Source of the DNA: Macrostomum lignano
Lineage: Eukaryota
Reading direction: 5' to 3'
Assembly: GCA_002269645.1 (NCBI GenBank)
Contig: NIVC01000134.1
Location: forward strand, 1 to 39,008
DNA length: 39,008 bases
The position numbers and the translations under genes are program-made. Shown piece after piece: positions 1-12,905 of the stretch (within the stretch, counting starts at the first letter, position 1; the number at the start of each line of letters is the position of its first letter). The notes beneath the pieces were generated by a model, which had not been told where the DNA came from, ran no database searches, and saw only the letters and a list, made by a program, of their open reading frames with translations.

Positions 1-1200
1 ATGCATTAGATGCGAACTGCAAATGAATACAAGTGGGTACGATGGAGGTTTAACGTCCCATGAGGTTAGTCGCTTGAATTGCTTTCTTAAATACGTTCCT
101 AGATCCATTATGGCAGCAGCACGAAGAACGCCATGGAGAAAGACCCAGCTGAAGTCGATAACATAAATACGCGGCCAACCTTTGACACTTCCCAAACACC
201 TCGGTCTTGAAACCGGGCAAAATTGAGCAGAAAGGATTCAATCCACGCGATATATCTTCGGTCTTCGTGGACTCAATACCGCCTCTGCTATTGGCGTTGC
301 CACAACAGATTCAGATTCAGAACTAACAACTGCGCTGCAGAGCAGCACATTTTCAGGTATAAGTTTCCGATTTTCGTACGAGCCCACCAGTTGCGTCGAT
401 GTGGACTGAGCGTAGGGATTCCTGGCAAGTAATTGGCGCAAAAGAAATTGTTGTTCCGCGCAATAAATAACGACTCCAAATGGAGCCGTACTGATACGCT
501 GAATAAATCCAGATACAGCGTCTTCCGATACTAGCGATATTTTCCAATCTAACATTTGCTTGCGCAAATCTTCGTGCTCGTTTTGGCTTCTTCTAGAAGC
601 ATTCTGAATACGACTACATGCTTGTCGCACTGACGCTAAGGAACATATTTTACCTGACTTAAAATGCTGCAGGCTTCCCTCGTAAATTTCAGTCGTCTTG
701 CGTCTTTGCATGCCGCCTTACTCGCGACAAATTCTCGACACTCTTGTGAACCATGCTCCCACAGATGGCGGACATTGTCGTTTGAAGAATCACTCTGTGG
801 CCGCTGTGCTCGTTTTTCTTTTGCAACCTTAAGTACACTGTCAATCAGAGGCAAATCTGCCATCGACAACGTAAATAACTGTCTTGCAGCCTGCTGATTC
901 AGCGCAAACTAGTCGTAATAAATAACTGTTGCTGCCCTTCCTACGAAGACTTGTTCGAATGATCTCTTTGTTAACATGAAATATTCCGAATTCATTTATT
1001 TCTCGCAACTGAGGAAATACGACTTCGTGAAGCCATCTGCGATCGAGTTGACCAGTTTCTTTACAAAAATATGTAGAAAATACGGCAGCAGTAATTGCGA
1101 TTGTGACTTCTTGATCCTGAAAAAGGGCTTTCATAGTAAAATTCGTAATATGATATCGTCTAGGCAAAGATACCGACGATTAAGTTCATTAAATAATACT
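1..1200 (-). mobile_element. Frameshifted Mutator-like (MULE) DDE transposase relic, running off the left edge
   Basis: Motifs appear in order across shifting frames: VHIDATGG (first D, codon 397-395), ATPIAEAVLS, VIDFSWVFLHGVL (second D, codon 156-154) and FICSSHLMH (CxxH signature, 21-10). At least 4 frameshifts are needed. The ORFs at 841-1167, 636-869, 238-711 and 353-547 are pieces of it. Confidence 0.72.
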
Positions 1201-2684
1201 TTAAAAAATTTAAACCTGAATGTAAAATGACACTAAAACCTGCTCAGGAAGATTTTAGTCTCCTTAGAATTTAGTTATCACTTGTGTGATTACCTTGGCA
1301 GTGTCGTAGGGTTGTTTAAAAAGATTTGGCAGCCCCATTACCCTCTATTCAGGTAGATACAATTATCTTTTTTAAATGCCTACTTCATCCATAATGGCTA
1401 ATCCTTCGTCTTAAAATAATAATTTGTTTGATTCTCGAATATTTGGGTATTGCCTTAAGCTGCAGGGAATTGCAGGAATCCTCATTAAGCTCCATTAAGG
1501 GGATTGCTGAGATGTCAGGCTTATGGGGGGATTGCTGACATACATGCGCAACCTCTGAAATTACACTGGCCGTGCGACTTAGTTTTCTATCAAAAAATGC
1601 GACGTACCCATGAAAGAAAGCTAAGAAAATAAACGTACTTTTAGGTAAACAGCAGGAGTAACTATCACCTTATTTTTAAGGCTAAATGCCTCGCCAGCTA
1701 GTTTTTTTACATAGTCTGTGCAGATTGTTTTAACAGCTAATCACTATGCCCTCTAGTGGCGGCCTGTGAGACAATTTGTAAATTGTCTTAATACACTGTA
1801 GTGAGCATACACAGTACTACACAAGTCATGATTCTTGAATGCCTAGAAGTAAAAGTGAGGTGAATACAGTATGATACAATTCACAACGTATTCACCAATA
1901 GCTCAAGAATAATTCCACTTGCTAGATGATTTGGCATGGAAGATGAGAGTCCTGATTTAGATGGCTCATCAGATGCAGGATACGAATCCAGTAGAATAGT
2001 AGAATCCAGTATAATAATAATTCCAAGTCTGCTTTACAATGATCCTAGGTCTAGTTTTCAATGGTTTTAAGTTGTTAAAAATCCCACTTATGGTTTTCAA
2101 TTAGATAAAGTTAGGTTTACCCACATATACCATAGTTAATTAGACTGTGCAATACAATACAACTAACTCATTTTTGTATTAAAATCACTGTATATGCCTT
2201 TCCAAGAGAAAGAGAGATAGTGTTTTCAGAGCTTTTTAGAAGTTTGCATATATTTGAAGTGCAGACTTTTCCATCTCTATAGAATTACTGGCTAGCATTT
2301 CCATTTAATACAATTTCAAGTATAAGATTAAATTCATAAGCTAAAAAGATCTATTTAAGTTAGAGAAGCACTATGCAACTCACTGCTAGTTTTCTAGAAT
2401 TCTTCTAGTTAGCAACCTTGTTTGGCCTCTGGTATAATAGGTGAATAATCTAGCTTTATGTTTTTTCTTTATAAAATGGAGCAATCCCTTTGAAAGATGT
2501 CAATAATAATACTATATTGCAAAAATTTGATTGAATGATTCAAGTCAGAAGAAAATCTATTCATGTGTTCTTTTTCTTATTAATTTCCACCGTGGCTACA
2601 TTGGCTTAACCTTCAGTCTATAAAAGTTTTACTTTAAGGCTGGAAGTGCTTTTTATTCTAGGCTAGAATATTTTTCTTCACTAA

Positions 2685-3345
2685 TTCTTCTCTTCTCTCT
2701 TGTCTGCTCTTTCATCTCTTCTTTTTTTTCTTTTATCTTTTCTCTCTTATCTCTTCTCGTTTCTATCTGCTCTGCACTTTCTCTCTCTCTCTCTCTCTCC
2801 TCTCTCTCTCCTCTCCAATCTCTCTTCTCCTCTCTACTCACTCCCTCTTCATTCTCCTATTTCCTCTTCTCTTTTCCTGTCTCTCCTCTCTCCTCTAGTC
2901 TCTGTAATCTCTTCTCTCTTATCTCTCCTTTGTTCTCTGTACTCTCCCATCTCTTGTCTGTTCATCTGCTTTCTTATCTGTCATCTTTACTCTCTTATAC
3001 GTTCACTCACTTATCTCCTCTGTATTCTTCTCTTTCACCTGTTCTGACTCCTCTCTTTCCTCTGTTATCTTCTTTCTGCTTTCTCATCTCTACTCTCTTC
3101 TCACTCTTCTCTACTCTCCTCTCATCGATCCTCTGTCTCATCTCTCCCCTCTTCTTACCTTTACTCTTTCCTCTCCCTCCTTTCTCCCCTCCTCCTCCCT
3201 TCTTCTCTGCTCTCTCCTCCCCACTTGTCTCTCCTCTTATATTCAATGTTTTCTCATATCCCCCTCTTGCCTTTCATCTCTTCTATTCCTTCTATTCCGT
3301 CTATTCCTTCTCCTTTCCACTCTTATCTGGCCTGCACATAAGCTG
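2685..3345. repeat. CT-rich low-complexity / polypyrimidine tract
   Basis: The + strand is dominated by C and T, with (CT)n runs. It produces the L/S/F-rich and E/R/K-rich pseudo-ORFs. Confidence 0.92.
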
Positions 3346-4089
3346 GATACTGGATTCTTTATCTGGCTTTTGAAGTAAAAGTCTGCCCATTCGCCATTCC
3401 TGCTTGGAAAGCCAGTTTGTGAGACGTAGTACTCTCATGGCTGTTCTCATACTTTGATCATGTCATCTTTCTTGCCAATTTGCAGTCCTGAAAAGAATTG
3501 TGTATTTTCAGCTCCACTGCAGTCTGCATCAGTCTAACAACCAAGGAAATATGCATTTTTAGGACATTTAAAATTTAAAGTACTTTGAGGAGAAACCTAA
3601 AATTTCCATGGTGTGACTAATTTAATAGGGTTGTATTGCATTGCATTGCCTTTTCATAAATCTTTCGCTTATACAAACCATGCTGGATTCCCTTGATTTG
3701 CCATCCACTGTTAAACTGCTGCAGAGTTTGCCAATACATAGGACAGTGGTTAGAATTTCTCACTAAACTGTCATGGCTAAACGTAGCCTCTCCACACGCG
3801 GGGGTACAGAGAAGGCTATTAAAAAGTTATTCCAAAACACTGTACATTTGCTATGTACATTGAGCCCTATCGCCTGACCCTTTGTCTGGGCTGGGGGAAT
3901 GAGTGAGTGAGTGGAACAAACAACAGAAAAAGCAGACAGACTTCACATGCCTACAGTTTCTGTTCTGATTGAGATACAGAGTTGAGACTTTACAATTAGA
4001 CAGAGAATGAGTCAATAAAGAATTGTGTCAAATTTGAAGTCAATTGCTTCATGTGGAGCAAACTTATGGCAGCCAAAAGTTAGTCAATT

Positions 4090-4535
4090 TTGAAACCCCT
4101 TTTACACATCTGGGCCCAGATCAGGATCGGGAAAGAGAGGCAGGTGGGCGGAGGTTGGGGTGGTTGCTACACTGAAAAAAACAGCCTAACTTTAAAAGTG
4201 CACAGCGCCGTTTAGGATTAACTTTAAGACTCAAAATTTTACACAATTGTGTCAAAATAGTTGAAGATTGAGTGTGTCCAATTTGAAGAGAATCGGTGGA
4301 AGTAGAGTGGTGCTATAGAGGATTTAGTGAAAAAATTGCACATTTTGAGCAGTTTTTTGCACTTTAAGGTGGGAAGACTCAAATTTAGGAAATTTTAAGG
4401 TAGTCTATAAGGTAGTGAATTTAGGGTGGGTGCAAAATTTGGTGTAATTTGGTTGAGCGGTTTGGGAGTCTATACAGCGAAGTAATTTGTACACAGACAG
4501 ACACACAGAGTTTTGATTTTTATAGTTGGAGATTA
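4090..4535 (+). mobile_element. Possible non-autonomous Helitron-like (Lep1/DINE-type) element
   Basis: The 3' part AAATTTGGTG...GAGCGGTTTGGGAG...ACAGACAGACAC...TTTTATAGTTGGAGAT resembles the tails of non-autonomous rolling-circle repeats. This is a resemblance from memory only. Confidence 0.3.
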
Positions 4536-7500
4536 TCTTATATATTTACCTTGCATTAAAATTCTTTTAGCAATTAACTGCTTATGCCATAGCTTACAAA
4601 TAGACAATAGAATTCTATATCTTTTATTGTTTTTGCCTAAAGGTTTTTGTAAACTTTGTAAAGAACTTTTTAGTTAGATTAATTTCTTTTTAGTTTACTT
4701 TACTTTTCTATTTTGCCAAAATTACTTTTCTATTTAGCCAAAACAATTTTCTATTTAATCTTACTTTTAAGGCTATACGGGTCGTTCTCAAAGTTTAGTC
4801 GTAAGCAGTGAAACAAATATTTTTGAAAATCAGCCTGAAATATTGAATCTTTTCTTATTTTAGCTCTAAAAGGACTTAAAAAATATATGCCTCTCATGGG
4901 TCTTAATCTTTTTTAACATTGAACTTTTGATGTTAATCTCATCAGAGTGCGCTATTTCATTTTTCGATATATATTTTTATTATCGCACGAGCTATAATAC
5001 CCACTTTAGAGAAGCTACATTCTGTTCACGTGGTCTTATTAAAGAAGAAAATTGATAAATGTTATTTATAACTTTGGTTAACACAACCTAGAACCCATTT
5101 AACTCTTTCGATTGCAAAGCAGATGTTGCTATTTCGATTTTTGCTAGAAACGTAACATTATGAATGATTAAAAAATTCACTTTTAATTAATTTGTTCTGT
5201 TGATAGAATAAGCTAATAGCTGCGTTTTCTGCTGTTTTTTTAAGAAAGATAGTCATATCTAACACTAAAGTATCAATTAAGGCAGTTTCATTCTATATTA
5301 AAAAAGAAAAGTTAAATAAATTCAATTTTAAGTTTTTTTCAATAGCACAAAATTAACCTAACAAAGAGAGATTTCGCTGACTACAACAAAGCAAGTAGCA
5401 CCAAAGTTATTTTAATTTAAAGTCCTCATCTGTGGGATGAGAAAAAGTACCACTTTTTTGTCTCTAGTTATGAAAAAAAAATTTCTCAGCATATTGTTAG
5501 GTTTTTTGGATGTTTTTTATGTACGCTCGTATTTAGATGAATTTTTGCTATTAATCACCCAATATGTTAGTCAGAACAAACAGAATTTCATTTATGTAGA
5601 TAAAATTGACTATTTTTCTCTTAAAAACAGTCGTTTTTTGTTGTTTTCACACAATTTTTTTAACTGATTTAAAATTTGTATTGTAAGTTACAAGTAAACA
5701 TAATGAGTCAAAACAAGAGGTAGTAGAAACTGAAAAGAAAATAAGAGTAACGAATAATAAAAAAGTTGCATGATTTGATTAGTCAAGAAATAGTATAAAA
5801 ACAATTTTGCATCTGATTTATTATCTATGAAATTAGCTGTCTGAAGCACAAAAAATTAATTTCTTTGAAACATTAAATTCATTCTCATATGTTCTGCAAT
5901 TCATTAAAGATATATATGTAGCAACTTAAACATTCAGTTGATACTTTCCACCTTTGGATGCATATAGCTACTAACAAGAAAAAAGACAAAAGAAAAAACT
6001 TAATTGCCATTGATGCTGGCAATGTAATATTAAATATGGTACAGAAAGATGGAATCTCTACAGAGTGCTGCCACACGAATTTGTGAAGTGTTTAACAGAT
6101 TAGTCATGGCAGTACCATAACAGACATACTATATTTTATATTACTCTTCGATTGACAATTACGCTTTAGATATGTTTTAGATGATGATTTTCCATTGGGA
6201 CTGACTCTATATACCGAGGCCAGACACAGTTAAGTGCGGCTGACAGCACTGAAGCGGCGGTTAACAGAGAATGCGATGAGCTGTGGCCTGTGGAGACAGC
6301 CAGCTGATGTACGAGCATCAGTAAAAGGGAAAGACATCCAATAGTGTCTTGCTATTGGTTTGTTACATGTACAGCGAACATCTACTTTTATTCTAATGTG
6401 ATCGATTTAATTCTACTGACCCAATTGGCTAAAGCACTGTAAACTGCACACCTCTCGGACGGATATGTAATGCCATTTGCTGCACTTTTACCTGTTTCTC
6501 TGCCAGAACACCAGCATCATTGTATGTGCCACAATGCTAAGATGTGCAGTGGTCCTTTGGATGTGGTTAGTTCTGCAGGCATCGACGTAATTTATCAAAT
6601 GAGACGAATTGTATACCGAGCATGACAGCTAGTGCAGGGCCAGAATCGATTACAGAGGTTCGCCAGAGCAATTGCAGTGATCCATGTGGCTGCCGAGTCA
6701 GACGTCTGTAATAGGCTAATTAACTTACCAAGACCAAAGTATTTAATTTAAATTTATAAGCTGCTCTTTTAGTAGTTATGCAGCATAAGAAAATAGTATA
6801 GTAAAATAGTAAAATAGTATTAAAGCTATGTTGCAGAATATAAATGCTTGCTGAATTATTTTTAAAAAAAACGCAAGTCTGTTCGAAAAAAGATACATGC
6901 ATTTTAGGTTTTAAAAGAAATGGCTTCCTAGCTCGTTTACTATATATATTCTAATTCAAAAAAACTTTTAATGCTTTAAAAGACATATTTTGCAAGCCTA
7001 ATTTTTAGCTAAACCAGTTTTGTATATTTTAAGCATCATATTTCGGTGTTTAAGTACAATATTAAATTCTTGAGTGGTACAATATCAATTATTTCGGGTG
7101 TTTCTTGTTACGCGATAATTTTAAATACAAGCAATTTATACGAAAAAAACAAAATGTTCATTTAAAAATAACATTTTCTATTGAAATAATACTTATTAAA
7201 TAGTAAACATAGAATAAAAGATGTATCTAATTTATAAAAAAATAAAAGAAAACTTGCATTATTTCACAATTTTTGGTCGTTTTATTTTCCGTTGCGAAAA
7301 ATAACAAATTGCTAGATTTCGTCTTAAATATTTGGTTTCTTGTGGTTTTAACGGCAGTTTTTTAATTAAATTGACGAAAGAATCGTTTTTGCAAAATAAT
7401 TACTTTATTCAAAAACTTTTTTTTCTGTACCAAAACATCATGACCTTAATTTGAGAACTACCCATACCATTTTGTTTTATATTATGATACTTTCTTTTTA

Positions 7501-7807
7501 GAATAAGATATTTTTAAACTATGTATAAATGTTTTCTTTTTACTAGAATTATTTTCTTTTTGCTATAATATACAATTTTCTATCAAGTTAGAATTGCTTA
7601 TTCTTTCTATCCATAAATTTTTTCTTTAAAGGTAATTACAATTGTAATAGGCTTTGATTTTAGTAAGTAGTTTTACATTTCTTAGAGACATATAAATTCA
7701 AACGCTATTGTTATACTACGCGAATATTTCATATATTTTGCATATTTTCTATATTTTTTGTATAATATTTTGTTTGAAACAATAAGAAGTTTTTACTATA
7801 AATAGAG

Positions 7808-7925
7808 GCCACTTGGGAGCCTGGCAAAGTAACTTCTGTTCCTGAACAACTTAGGAGTCTAGTAACCCGCCTTTAGGAGGCAGAGATCCTACCACAGGGT
7901 AGAGAAATCCAGGCTTAGAGTCTGA
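7808..7925 (+). mobile_element. Decayed Ty3/gypsy-type integrase C-terminal tail fragment
   Basis: TWEPGKVTSVPEQLRS is followed, after a frameshift, by YHRVEKSRLR. This resembles the W-x-P-G-x-V...PRSY...YRRNRRHL tail of gypsy-like Pol. Confidence 0.28.
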
Positions 7926-9082
7926 GAAACCCACCTCAGGGCAGAATACCCAGCAAAGTGCACTGTAACCCTCTGATCCCGGGAATGCCTAGGACTAAGA
8001 ATAATATCTTTAGAGTATAGGAATAGGATAGACAATGCCTAAAAGACCACTCAGGCCAGAAAGTACAATAGAGGTATAGATGCTACCAATAAAAGTACAT
8101 ATGCTACCAATAGAAATATATGCGCTACTAGTAGCAAGACAATTAATAATCAGTAGAATTGTTAAGGAGAAATAGCTCTATTACAACTTTGGTGGCAGCT
8201 AGTATGGCTAGCAAAAGAATAATTGAGAGCCCTGGGACACAATTTGACTTGAAAATTTTTTTTGTTGATACAAAACATATATAACACCATGTATTAAATT
8301 TATATATGATCTATATTTTTCTACCTAATTTTCTAAGATAAAAACAAAAACTTTGTCATCCTAATATTACTTTTTATTGAATTTTATATTATATGCACAT
8401 ATATTATGTGTTTATATTATACACATATTTACTTTTTGTTAACTACATTAGATAGCTATGCTTATAGCTAGTTTTTATCTAAAAAAACTAAGTTACTAGT
8501 TAGATAATTGAAAAAAAGAAAAAAACTAGGCCTATGTATCTTTTTTTATATAGGCCTTTAGCCTGGTGGGCCTAAAATGGAATAGGTAAGTCAACTAGAC
8601 TAGATATACTATATGCTATGCAACAAACTTGCTAGAGCACAGGGGCCTATATATAAGTCAGGACTAGAATACTATAGTCATAGAGTATACTAGAGAGTAT
8701 AATAGAGTATAATAGATAATTAGAATTGCCAAGCAAACAATGTAAAGCATCTGCATAAAGAAGAGAAAATAACTGCTGCACCTATTTTTTGCTTAAAATA
8801 TTAAGCTAGTTAATTAGTAAACAAATGTCAAAGGCAACTTTATTAGCTAAATAGCGATAAAAATAATTTTATTAATGCTAGGCCTACACTAGCCTTAATA
8901 ATGAATCTCTTGAGGTCTACCAAAAAGTAGTGATAATAAAAAGACGATTTAAGTAAGATTGCAGCATAAAAATGAGCATTTCATATTGGCCTACACAAAA
9001 GAAGAAATCGCTGCATGATATTCAATGCACATTGTGAGGAAAATCGAAACTATTTTGTTTTTTTACATGTGTTTCATATAAA

Positions 9083-9130
9083 AATATCGGTCGGAATATC
9101 GATAGGAATATCGATCGGAATATCGGTCGG
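9083..9130. repeat. 12-bp tandem repeat x4 (AATATCGRTMGG)
   Basis: aatatcggtcgg aatatcgatagg aatatcgatcgg aatatcggtcgg. Confidence 0.85.
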
Positions 9131-9709
9131 TAAATGTTATACACGTTGTTGCAATAATAAAAATTAAAAACGGGTCAATAAACCAAAACTTTTAAAAATA
9201 AAATGTGAGAACTGTGTATATATATCTAAAACTATTATAATTTTTTAAATAAAATTTATTTTTAGTAAATTTACATTCTTAGTTATAAGAATTGTACTAA
9301 AGTCAGAAGAAGTAATCACTTTCAAAACAACTATTTTCGAGGAAACCGACAAGAATCTATTTATTTAGAACCTAGATTATGCTTGTATCAGAATTCATGA
9401 GTGTTACTATTAGGTCACATAGACTTTGTAGTATATTTTCCTCTAATATTGCTTTTAACTGAATTTTGCATTAAAAACGTCGTGCCACACTGAAAATTCT
9501 GTTTTTTAAGCCTTAATCAATTCTATGCATAGGCATTTCGGTACGAATTTCACAAATGCCTAAGAGTAAATGAAATATAAATATCGATGGACAATAATAA
9601 GTTTGGCCTAAAGTACTAGACTACATGACAAGTGAAAACTAGTTGTAAAATTCAGGTAAAGTGGCTCGCTTAGCAAGTAAAATAAAAAGAAAGCCGAAAA
9701 TCAATTCAA

Positions 9710-10645
9710 CATGTAGGTTTTTTCGACGCGTTTCGCACACCAAGGTGCATCGTCAGGTATATTGTTTGAAACGAAAGGTGTGGGTAAGCGAATTTATAAA
9801 TTATTTGTCAATGAAACGTATGTAGTTGGTGAGTAGGCCCTAAGTATTTTGTATGTACAAAGTAATTGGAGGTTGATAGTCCATAGGGCGGGGCAAAGAC
9901 CAATAGGCAGAAAACAAAATAATTGAATGAGCACTGATTACATTAAGGTAAGTACTCTCTCACTCAGAATACATGGAGAACATGGCCTGCACCACTGTGT
10001 ATCAAGGGTGTGTGACTGGTTTTTTTATGTACAAGGCTTCTAAGATCTTGAGCTTGTGATCAGATGGGCATTGATTGATGATTTTAAAATGTTCTTCAGG
10101 TGTACAATTAGAGCAGCTGTTACATTCCAAAGTTGACAGTTTTGTCAGTCAGTTAAAATCATGTGTACCCCGTGCTCTGTGTGCCGGTTTGTCTACTGTT
10201 TCAACTGCTCTATTAACCAGTATCTCCTACATGGGGAAGACCAAAAGATACCTGCACATTAGAACCAGGGAGCACTGGCTCAAAATGTTGGCCATCCAAA
10301 CCCACCTATTGGAATGTAACAGCTGCTCTAATTGTACATCTGAAGAACGTTTTAGAATCATTGATCAATACCTATCTGATCACAAGCTCAAGATCTTAGA
10401 AGCCTTGTACATAAGAAACTAGTTACCCACCCTTAATATGCAACTCCAACACAGTGGTGCAGGCAAAGTTCTCCATGTATTCTGAGTGAGAGAGCATTGA
10501 CCTTGTTGTAACCAGTGCTTATTCAATTATATTTTGTTTTCTGCCTATTGATTGGTCTTTGCCCCACCCTATGGACTATCAACCTCCAACTACTTTGTAT
10601 ATACAAAATACTTACTCACCAGCTATATGTTTCATTGACAAATCT
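9710..10645 (+). mobile_element. 5'-truncated Penelope-like retroelement (GIY-YIG endonuclease end) with an inverted partial pLTR
   Basis: 10131-10450 (+) encodes VYCFNC (shifted frame), then SYMGKTKRYLHIRTREH...AIQTHLLECNSC...FRII...LKILEALYIR*LPTLNMQ, the typical Penelope GIY-YIG C-terminus. 9803-10130 is an imperfect reverse complement of 10309-10643. Confidence 0.82.
9724..9757 (-). ncRNA. Minimal hammerhead ribozyme core of Penelope-like type (stem I apparently decayed)
   Basis: The minus strand reads CTGACGA-T-GCAC-CTTGGT-GTGC-GAAA-CGCGTC. This gives the CUGANGA box, a 4-bp stem II, GAAA, a palindromic ACGCGU stem III and a GUC cleavage triplet. It lies in the 3' part of the inverted Penelope arm. 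Confidence 0.62.
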
Positions 10646-12561
10646 TATATTTAAAGGTAAGTGGATCAACCAGTGGGTGGGGTTTAATGTACATCTCCTC
10701 CTAGATGGCTGCCAACTCAAATGTGGGACTTATATATTAATGCAGAATTTTCCTATACAACAAATAGGCTATTTTAATATTGAATTTTTTAAAATAAAGT
10801 CTGTTAAAAAAGTAGAAAACTGTTTTCTTAACCTTTTTTGGCCACTTTTTCTGCTCTAAACTGAAAATTTGCAACAATTTTTAGTGATTGTGCCACAACT
10901 TTCTCCTATCTTGGCAGTGCATTTTCTCTCCAGTGGGGGGATGGAAGCATCATAAGTGGTTGCGTGTATACACTTGGACCCTTGCTAACTGATGGACAGT
11001 GAAATTCAATGCATAAACTTGCAAGCCTCTCACTGTAGCAGGCTGTGAATGTACACTCAAAAATTCAATGTTTTAAACTGGAAATTTCAAACACAAACTA
11101 TTCCTTGAGTTTTGAATTTTGAGAGAAGAGACTTATATTGCTGGAAAGATCTTTCAATGCTGAGTTCGGGGATGTAAGTTGTTTGCTTTAAATGTAAAAA
11201 GGAAAAGCACAACATTCAAAAATAATTTCTGCAAAGATTGTACTGAGTTTCACAAGATGTAATAGATAAAGTTGGGGGGGGGGGTTCAACTTCTTATTGC
11301 TGCTGTGTATTGGAGGGTTGATTTAGATTGCGCAATCATTTTGTTAACTTTACATGAGACTGATACTGGCTAACTGAGAAATTGGTTATGCAATCAATTT
11401 ATTTAATTAATTCAATATTTTTTTTGGTGTCTTTCAACACGCAGCTCTGTGAAGCTCTAACCCTAGCCCTAAACAATGAATCCTGAGAGTTGAGTTCTTT
11501 TTGATAAAGAAAATTTTGACTGAATCCTGTTTCCCAGAAAGCATTTCAATAGTGTTCAATTTCATGGAGAGGATTTTTTGTCTTTGGAGTTGGATGATGG
11601 GACTTAGGTCATGGAATTCAGCTGATAGATTTCAGGGAATGGAATTCTGGTGATGGGAGTTCTTCCCCTTTCTGGAGGAGTTGGCCTTGTAGTTTATAAA
11701 TTTGCTTAGTCACACCTTTTGTTTCAAACAATATATGTAACAATGCACCTTGGTGTGCAAAATGCATTGAAAAAACCTACAAGTTGTAAAATTGATAATG
11801 ACAGATATACTTTTATATATAGTTATTGTTATATAGACATATACCTGCTTAACCTGCTTAAAATTTACAGCCCACAGACATACCATTTTGAATATTGCTA
11901 CTACTAGAGAGTATGAATATGCTAGCAAAGCCAAAGAGGCAACAATTAGGTAGCATATAAATTTATTTTTGCTAAATTTTGAATAGGCTTAAGAAGCTAA
12001 GCTAGGCCTAGAAAAGGATAGAAATCATAAGTATTTATATAGGTAGAGACTTTGGCAAAGGCAAAGAAACAAGGTAAACTGTAATTTATTGTAATTACAG
12101 TTTAAATTATATACTGTAATTAAATATAACTATAACAATTTTATTATATTGTTATATTAAATATAACAATTTAAATTATAATTTATTATAATTTATTGTT
12201 ATATAGGCATAGGCCTATATGTATTGGTTGTCAGCAATATGCTTTATTAATGATTAAAATTATATATCACTAAGTATTTATTATTGTAAAAGTCTAGCTA
12301 GGTATATTTTCCAAAGTATATCATAATACCTTTGTGAATAGTGTAGAAGATATATCTGTCTACTCACATAATTTATGTATAACATATTTCATAAGTCAAT
12401 TTTTATGGTATAATAGTTAATGAACTATTATAAGTAAATGAATAGATTTTCTTGTCAAATTATTGCTAACTTTTCTTTACCAGTGCCCATGAGTATAAGC
12501 TTATTAACAAAAATCTTGAGCCTTCAAAAACTTCATTGAAAGCAGTAACTAATTGCAGACA

Positions 12562-12905
12562 ATGTCAGCCAGAGCAGGCTCTCAACCTGCCAGCAGGCCT
12601 CAGTCAGCTCAGCAGCAGCTGCCACCCCTGCTCACCCAGCCAACCTCAGCTGGCTTTGCTGCCCACAGGCAGCAGCGGGGTGGTTCAAAACGCTGCCAGC
12701 ACCAAGCTGTTCAAACAGAAGCCAACGGCCCAGACGATCTGCAGAGTCTAATTGGATTCGTGATGGAAGAGTGCCGTCGCGAATGCCTTGATAGGCGGCG
12801 GGTGTTCATGCTGAAATGTCAGATTGTTCAACTGGAGCGCCAGCTGCTGCTCATGTCGGATTCGATCGGGCAGAGGCGGGAGTCGACGGTTGCTCTGGCT
12901 GACAG
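12562..12905 (+). CDS. Uncharacterised coiled-coil protein, exon 1 of 3 recognised (start tentative)
   Basis: Acceptor-like TTGCAG at 12553-12558, ATG at 12562. It encodes a Q/P-rich stretch, then DDLQSLIGFVMEECRRECLDRRRVFMLKCQIVQLERQLLL. The donor AG|GTTTGA is phase 2 and matches exon 2. Confidence 0.65.

Noticed and set aside
1747-1760. CTCF-like motif (GCCACTAGAGGGCA on the minus strand)
   Set aside because: It is a single match with no supporting context, near a transposon relic. Whether this organism has CTCF is unknown.
2653-3373. Hydrophobic L/S/F and charged E/R/K ORFs
   Set aside because: They are translations of a CT-rich low-complexity tract.
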